From Candidatus Dojkabacteria bacterium (GTDB taxonomy: Bacteria; Patescibacteriota; Dojkabacteria; SC72), in NCBI GenBank assembly GCA_016182915.1, contig JACPFP010000002.1, positions 155,188-219,187 of the forward strand: a stretch of 64,000 nucleotides of DNA, read 5' to 3'. The notes beneath the pieces are model-generated. The model made no database searches. It was not told the DNA's origin and worked only from the letters and a program-made list of their open reading frames with translations. Below, piece by piece: positions 57,621 to 64,000 of the stretch. The position numbers were made by a program, and so were the translations under genes. Numbering within the stretch: position 1 is the first letter of the stretch; each line of letters starts with the position of its first letter.

Positions 57621-58463
57621 CTACTGTGCGCTTATTACAATCTCCTGAATCTTCACCTTGGAAGTTGGTTGGGAACTTGAGTTAACGTTTACCGCCTCAA
57701 TCTTATCAACCGTCTCAAAACCAGAAACAACCTTTCCAAAGACAGTATGCTTTCCATTTAGATACTCACCTGTATATCTCTTTGTTGTAATGAAGAACTG
57801 AGAACCGTTTGTATTTGGACCTGAGTTAGCCATTGCAAGAACGTAGGGTTCAAACTTAGCTGCACTCTTCCCTGCTGTATATCTATAACCTAACTTCTCA
57901 TAGAATTCCTTAACGGAGATATTTAGATTGGCATTAATCTCACTACTTGTATAGAAAGAACGAAGGAAGGTAGCATCACTAACCTTCAAACTACCAAGCC
58001 CCATGGCATCAGCATCTATTTCGTCTTCAAAAGTATATCCAGGACCACCAGTTCCATCTCCGACAGGATCTCCTCCTTGTATCACAAAGTCTCTTACAAC
58101 CCTATGGAATGTTAAGCCATCGTAGAACTTCTCATTAGCAAGAAATGCAAAACTACCTACTGTTATAGGAGCTTCATCTTCGAAAAGGTCAACAACAATC
58201 TGTCCGTAATCTGTGTATATTGTAGCGGTATAATCCTTACTTGGATCTATCTGGTCAACCTGACTCAAGGTATACTTCTTCCCATTACCTCCGGTACCAA
58301 CAAGGTCATCAATTCCCCCATTAGTTAAATCGTCACTTATTGTGAAAATATTACCACCACTTGAAAAAACATATCCTAATATAAGTACCATACCTACTAT
58401 TCCTAATGATCCTAAAATTATTTTTTTGTGATCTTTGAATACATCACCAAGATTGAATCCCAT
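57621..58463 (-). CDS. Cyclophilin-type peptidyl-prolyl isomerase, membrane-anchored
   Basis: FHRVVRDFVIQGGDP, AMANSGPNTNGSQFFIT, HTVFGKV; N-terminal TM helix. Confidence 0.95.
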   Translation of the reverse strand: MGFNLGDVFKDHKKIILGSLGIVGMVLILGYVFSSGGNIFTISDDLTNGGIDDLVGTGGNGKKYTLSQVDQIDPSKDYTATIYTDYGQIVVDLFEDEAPITVGSFAFLANEKFYDGLTFHRVVRDFVIQGGDPVGDGTGGPGYTFEDEIDADAMGLGSLKVSDATFLRSFYTSSEINANLNISVKEFYEKLGYRYTAGKSAAKFEPYVLAMANSGPNTNGSQFFITTKRYTGEYLNGKHTVFGKVVSGFETVDKIEAVNVNSSSQPTSKVKIQEIVISAQ

Positions 58464-58485
58464 ATCAAAGTACTAATTAATTTAC

Positions 58486-61400
58486 CTATTTCTCGATTGT
58501 GAGTTTAACATAAATAACCCCACTAGTTTTATTATACACCTGAATAGTATTACTATCATAATATTCAAAGTAGTACTCAGAACCAAGTCCCTTAGAGGTA
58601 AAACCGTATCCTTGAGAGTTATCTGACTTAATTATATTGATAGATGATGGAGTCGCGTTGAAGTTATGATGAACCTTCAGACTTGAGTTTGGAGATATCC
58701 TTACCCATTCACTTCGGTATATTCCCTTCCCCCCTACAGATCCTGTACCATCTACACTAAATACCACCTCTCCCTTAACATTCTTAATAACAAACATGTC
58801 ATTTATACTGCTACCAATCTCAAGAACAAGACTGCCACTCTCAGATTTAAGATGTCCTGCAATCAACAGATCCCCTCCTACAGAGAGATTCCCTCCTGAA
58901 TCAGAAACGAGACTACCATTGCCGATATTTAGAAGATTACCATTTAAGATACCAAAGTTTGCACTTGTTCCTTCAATCCTATTTACAGAAACTTCTTTAT
59001 CTGTCTTCAGCGAGTCCCCTTCAATTGTCCAACCGCTACCTTCACCCCCTAATCTACCACCAGAGTAATCGGAGAGAAGACTTGCCATCTCATCGCTCAC
59101 CCATTGTGGTTGATACCAAACCACATCTACAAATGCCATAACCTTACCTATGTAAATTGAATCTGAAAGGGTCAAGTTATATGTATTCATAAGAGTACCC
59201 CTTAAGGAAGCCTCGAATGAGTCTACAGGGACCTTGAAGCAAGGCTTAGATTCATTCTGCCCTTTATCCGCTGGCCACTTAATATCAGATATTGTGTTAA
59301 CAGTAGTACACGAAGCATCGCTCCAATCAAATGTATCTTCGAGAGCTTTGGCAACTATAATTCCAGAATCATTTCGAGTAACTCCAATACCGTCTAAAGC
59401 AGAAGCTGTTATCACATCACCCTTCTCTACGCTTCTTCCTGCTGTCATTACTTTCACAGGCAATCTACCTATAAGCCCTATAGGCCTCGAGTTATCCTTA
59501 TTGTTATCGTTCATCAGTAATCCTGGTGAGGTTGAGACTACCCCCATAACTGATGCTACATTATCCGGGTTTGCTTTCTGAACTTCACCAATTGCATTAG
59601 GATCCAAACTCACAAGATCCCCTGCCTCAATGGACAGATCGCTTACCTCATACATTTCAGCTAGGTCAGCGCTCTGTACACTAGTATTATTAGCATAGAT
59701 TGTACCTGCAGTGGCTCCAGCACACGCATCGGCATTTGATTTAACACAAAGTGCACCTACAACTTTAAGTTCAACATCGGGAGTTGCATCCCCAATCCCT
59801 ACAAATCCACTTCCTCTATACACATTTCCTCCAACTTCAGTCCATCCAGAACCTAGTGCACTCGCTCCACCTGATGTTGTGACATTGATTCTTAAATCTT
59901 GAGTTTGTCCTGAGTAGTTATACAACCTTGTGGTATTAGCATCAGTATTTACTAGTTTATATCCAGTTTTCCATGTTAACTGTACATTATATAGCGTTGG
60001 CTTATAGCTCTCATTTGTTGTAGTAAATACCGCTCGATACTGAATATAATTATTTACTGTCGACGTAATAGTAGATCCGGAGCTGTTTCTTAATAGCCTT
60101 TCACCTTTCATATTATCCAGCTGAATAGTAGTACTTGTAGGGATAATTGTCATTCTAATCTTGGTGACAGCATTTCTTAATGATTTATCAACATCTCTAA
60201 TATCCCAGTATACTTTTTGCCATGTATTTGCCCTATCTATATTAATAGTTTCTTCGTTTTCTGTGGCAGAACTTTCTCCAAAACCTAGTTTTAGTATATT
60301 TCCTGTAGTACCTGAGTATACCCATGCAGATATATAATCGTAATTTGAAAGATCCGTTGAGGTTATAGTATCTTCAGCATAACCATTAGCAGAAGTTGAA
60401 ACAAACTTCGAAATATTTCCAACAGTCCCTTCATCTTCATCCTCACTATAATCAATATTTCGAGTAGCATCACCGTCGGCCACGACACTCTGATTAGTAA
60501 CCGTCCAGTCACCAACAGTATTCATATTATTCAAGTCGATGTAATTAGTGCCCTGTGTAACCGGTTTCCAAGCTTCCCAAGTTCCATCCGTACTATTATT
60601 TGACGCACCGGATCTAGTTTGGAATTGGATATCTCCATATCCGTTATCGTTGAAGTTCCACGCAAGATTTCCATAATCTGTTGCCTGGTATGTAGGGATT
60701 TCTTCTGAGACAAATACACCATAGTTATATCCCGGTATTGTTGTGGATGTGAAAGTAGGTGTTGTAGTACCTGTTGGGTTAGTAGCTGAATATACAGCAA
60801 TTCTTCCAACGCCTCCAGCTCCACCATTGGCAGCATAAGAACCACCGCCCATATTTCCTGCTCCACCACTTCCTCCTGAGGTAGTACTTGCAGTACCAAG
60901 GGACACACTATTTCCAACAACCTTTATAGATCCACCAGCACCACCACCACCACCTCCTCCTCCCCAACCTCCTGATCCTGCGGCAGTAGTTCCCGCACTT
61001 CCAGCTGAAGTTAGATACCCAGAAACTGAAACTGTACTACCAGCAATAAATACTATACCTCCTCCATCTCCTCCTATCCCTCCATTGTAACTAGTAGTGT
61101 TACTCATTCCTCCACCACCATTTCCTCCAGAAGCACCAAAAAAGAGCTTGGTCAAATCTGAATCTCCATAGGTACCACCACCACCTCCTCCCCCTGCATA
61201 ACCATAAGTACTAGCTATTGAATTACCTCCGGCACCGCTCTGATTAGTAGAACCATTCCATCCTCCATTATTTAGGGCTCCGACTCCACCACTTCCCCCT
61301 CCTCCATAACCACCACCACCTCCTCCTCCTCCAATTCCATAATTACTTGATGAAGACGCACCGCCTGCACCACCCGCTCCACCAACAGCAATACCAGCTC

Positions 61401-64000
61401 CACCCGTTGAGTTTATATATCCAGCCCCACCACCACCACCACACTTATTGTTTGTATACCCAGCATATTGAGTACCATTATTACCTCCAGCACCACCTCC
61501 AGAATCCCCTGGTGGCGCTACGTTACCCGCACAAAAGGCTTCCCCTCCATATGCATATGTTGCATAACCAGTTGCGGTTGTTGATGCGGCGTAACCCCTA
61601 GCCCAAGCTGACACAATTCCTGCAACAGATACAGTTCCCGTCGCTCTAAAGAAGATAACCCCGCCTTCTCCAGCACCATTATTTACTGCTCCTGTTGGTT
61701 GTACCCACTCGTCAGGAGAGAAAATAGTTCCAACTTCAACAGTTACATCTGTATAATTAGGTACTCTTTGCAACATAACAGTTTGATTACCTACACCTAG
61801 CCCTATATTTGTATCATCACTTGTACCATTTCCATAATACTTAGTTTTAGAGGTTGCGAAGTTTACTGTAGTGCCGGAAATACTACTAATACGCAATGTC
61901 TCATAATTACCTACGTTTGCATACTGCGTACCCGTACCTCTTAGATTTATTAACAATACTTCGTCGTTGACACTTAAACATCCTGTTGAAGAAGCACTTT
62001 CTAATACAGCGCTTGTATTATCTGGGAACGATGTGACACTGTAGTTAACAGCGTCACCACCATCGGCACATGATCGACCCGGAGTATTTGATACATTTAT
62101 ATTTACATTTGTACTTATTGTTCTAGCACCATCACTTCCATTTCCAAGGTCATTTACAGTATTTTGAGCTACTTGATTTGGTCCTACTAACGTTCTTAGC
62201 TTTTTGTAATCAACTAAAGGATATTCAGTCAAGGTAAGCCTGTTAGATTGGTAGAAGTCTACATCTACGAGATTTTTCACTCTATTTGCATCAATAGTGT
62301 ACGTTCCCGAAGGGTTAGTATATCCAACTGTAATTGCGGACAAAGTTGGAGTATTGGCAGTATTGGAAGTCGTTAATATTGCCCTATACTGTATGTAATC
62401 GTTAGCTGTAGAGGTTATGGTTGAGCCTCCTGGAGTTGTTAGGTAACTCTCTGCTTTAATACTATCGATATATGCAACTGTTGTATTAGTAGGGAGTGTA
62501 ACTCTGAACTTTGTTACTGCATCCCTTGATGTACCAGTTATTCCAGAAATATCCCAATATACTTTCTGCCATGTATTTATAGAATCAACACTAATTATTT
62601 TTTCCTGTTCTGTACCCGCTGACTCCCCAAATCCTAGCTTAATCGAATTCCCAGCAAAAGAAGATCTAACCCAAGCTGTGATATATGTATACGAAGAAAG
62701 GTCAACAGAAGGCGACAAAGTTGTCTCAGCGTATCCGTTAGCTAATGTTGCAGTTAGTTTTGTTATATTTCCACTAGTAAATTCATCTTCATCTTCGTGG
62801 TAATCAATGTTTCGAGTTATATCACCATCAGCAACAGTTACATTTGTTCCCGTGAAATCCGTATGTGTATTTAGATCGTTAATGACAAGTGAAGAGGTAG
62901 TCGGCTTCCAAGCTTCCCAAGTGCCATCTTTAGAATTTGGTGTTGCACCCGACCTTGTTTGCAATTGAATTTCTGTTCCAGAAGGGAGACTTTCAGTCCA
63001 ACCAATATTGCCATACGAAGTTGCATCTGGAGTGTGTACTTCCTTGCTTATATAAACGGCGTAGCTATTATATGAGAGCGTAAATGTTTGCTGAGCCGGT
63101 GAAGAAGTTCCAGAAATTGAATTGGAATAGTAGACTGCGATTCTTCCACTTCCACCGGTACCACCATTGGATGCTCCAGTACCATTTCCAGCAACACCTG
63201 CCCCTCCTCCAGCACCGTAAGCCGAAGTATTTGCGTTTACTGTAACTGAATTACCGACAAGTTTTATAGATCCACCAGCACCACCACCACCACCACCGCC
63301 TCCCAATATATATGGCACCACCACCATCTCCAGCGACCCCTCCACCATAAGTAGTTACTCCACCAACCGTACCACCACCACCACCACCACCTGCAGATCC
63401 GAAATATAATTTAGTAATTGCTGTATCACCATATGTACCGCCACCACCACCACCGCCTCCATAACCATATGTAACTATATTTCCAACCCCACCGTTACCG
63501 CTTTGATTAGTAGAGCCATCTGTTCCAGTGTTATTATACGCACCAATTCCTCCAGTACCACCTCCTCCATAACCACCACCAGCACCACCTCCTCCAACAC
63601 CATAATTGTTTGCAGAACTACCACCACCAGCCCCACCAGCGCCACCTAGAGCTGTTCCACTACTGCCAGTTCCACTATATCCACCACCAGCACCTCCACC
63701 ACACTTGTTGTTTGTATAACCATTCCATGACGTTCCGTTGTTACCTCCAGCAGCACCTCCTGAATCCGAACCAGGAGCTCCATTTCCTGCACAGAATGCC
63801 TCTCCACCATATGCATATGAAGAATATAAAGCATTAGTTGTTGTGCCTAGATAACCTTTACCTGTAGCATGAATACTTCCAGCAATTGAGACTGATCCGG
63901 TTGCTCTAAAGAACATTATTCCTCCTTCGCCGGCCCCATTATTTACTGCTCCAGTTGGTTGGACCCAATCAGCTGGATAGAAAGTCGCCCCGGAATTAAC
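58486..64000 (-). pseudogene. Giant Gly-rich repeat surface/fibre protein, frameshifted near 63304 and continuing beyond the window
   Basis: ORFs 58486..63348 and 63251..63916 (open to 64000) are consecutive parts of one ~780-aa repeat series; C-terminal SADLAEMY...GVVSTSPG...GRLPVKV resembles a Peptidase G2/IMC chaperone domain; may be an assembly artefact rather than a true pseudogene. Confidence 0.75.

Noticed and set aside
60930-63700. CCA/CCT triplet runs as a possible CRISPR or tandem DNA repeat
   Set aside because: They are poly-Gly codons within the giant CDS; there is no repeat-spacer periodicity and no cas gene
826-63837. Numerous short antisense or overlapping ORFs in the six-frame track (e.g. 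826..1143, 12253..12567, 34123..34716, 41649..42092)
   Set aside because: They shadow well-supported genes on the other strand or frame and show no motifs

Overview
This is an AT-rich, very compact bacterial chromosome segment read with genetic code 11. Gene content (short-type EF-Ts, split comEC, tRNA-Arg(GCG), TrmB regulators, a giant Gly-rich surface protein, no biosynthetic pathways, almost no Shine-Dalgarno motifs) suggests Patescibacteria/CPR; this is an inference. Housekeeping blocks are rpsB-tsf-frr-rseP, mreBCD-mrdA-dprA-topA-radC, rpmG-tRNA-Trp-secE-nusG-rplKA-rplJL, uvrA, uppS, proS, trpS, argS, comEA/comEC and nine tRNAs. The most notable observations are: (1) a ~11.5 kb cluster of four ATP-grasp ligases interleaved with several peptidases/hydrolases (C45, DUF1704/MATCAP-like, aspartyl-protease-like, alpha/beta hydrolase), a 7TM protein, a GT4 and an O-antigen-ligase-like protein; (2) three T-box riboswitches, two with ultra-short K-turn Stem I coupled to intrinsic terminators and one upstream of three tRNA-Arg genes plus argS; (3) editing-type domains fused to TrpRS (YbaK-like) and ArgRS (B3/B4); (4) a 6S-like RNA whose 3' end is duplicated around a 641-bp single-gene cassette; (5) an unassigned ~290-nt structured RNA; (6) a giant repeat protein broken by an 80-nt deletion. 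No CRISPR array, rRNA, transposase or integrase was seen. All calls come from reading the sequence; no database searches were run.
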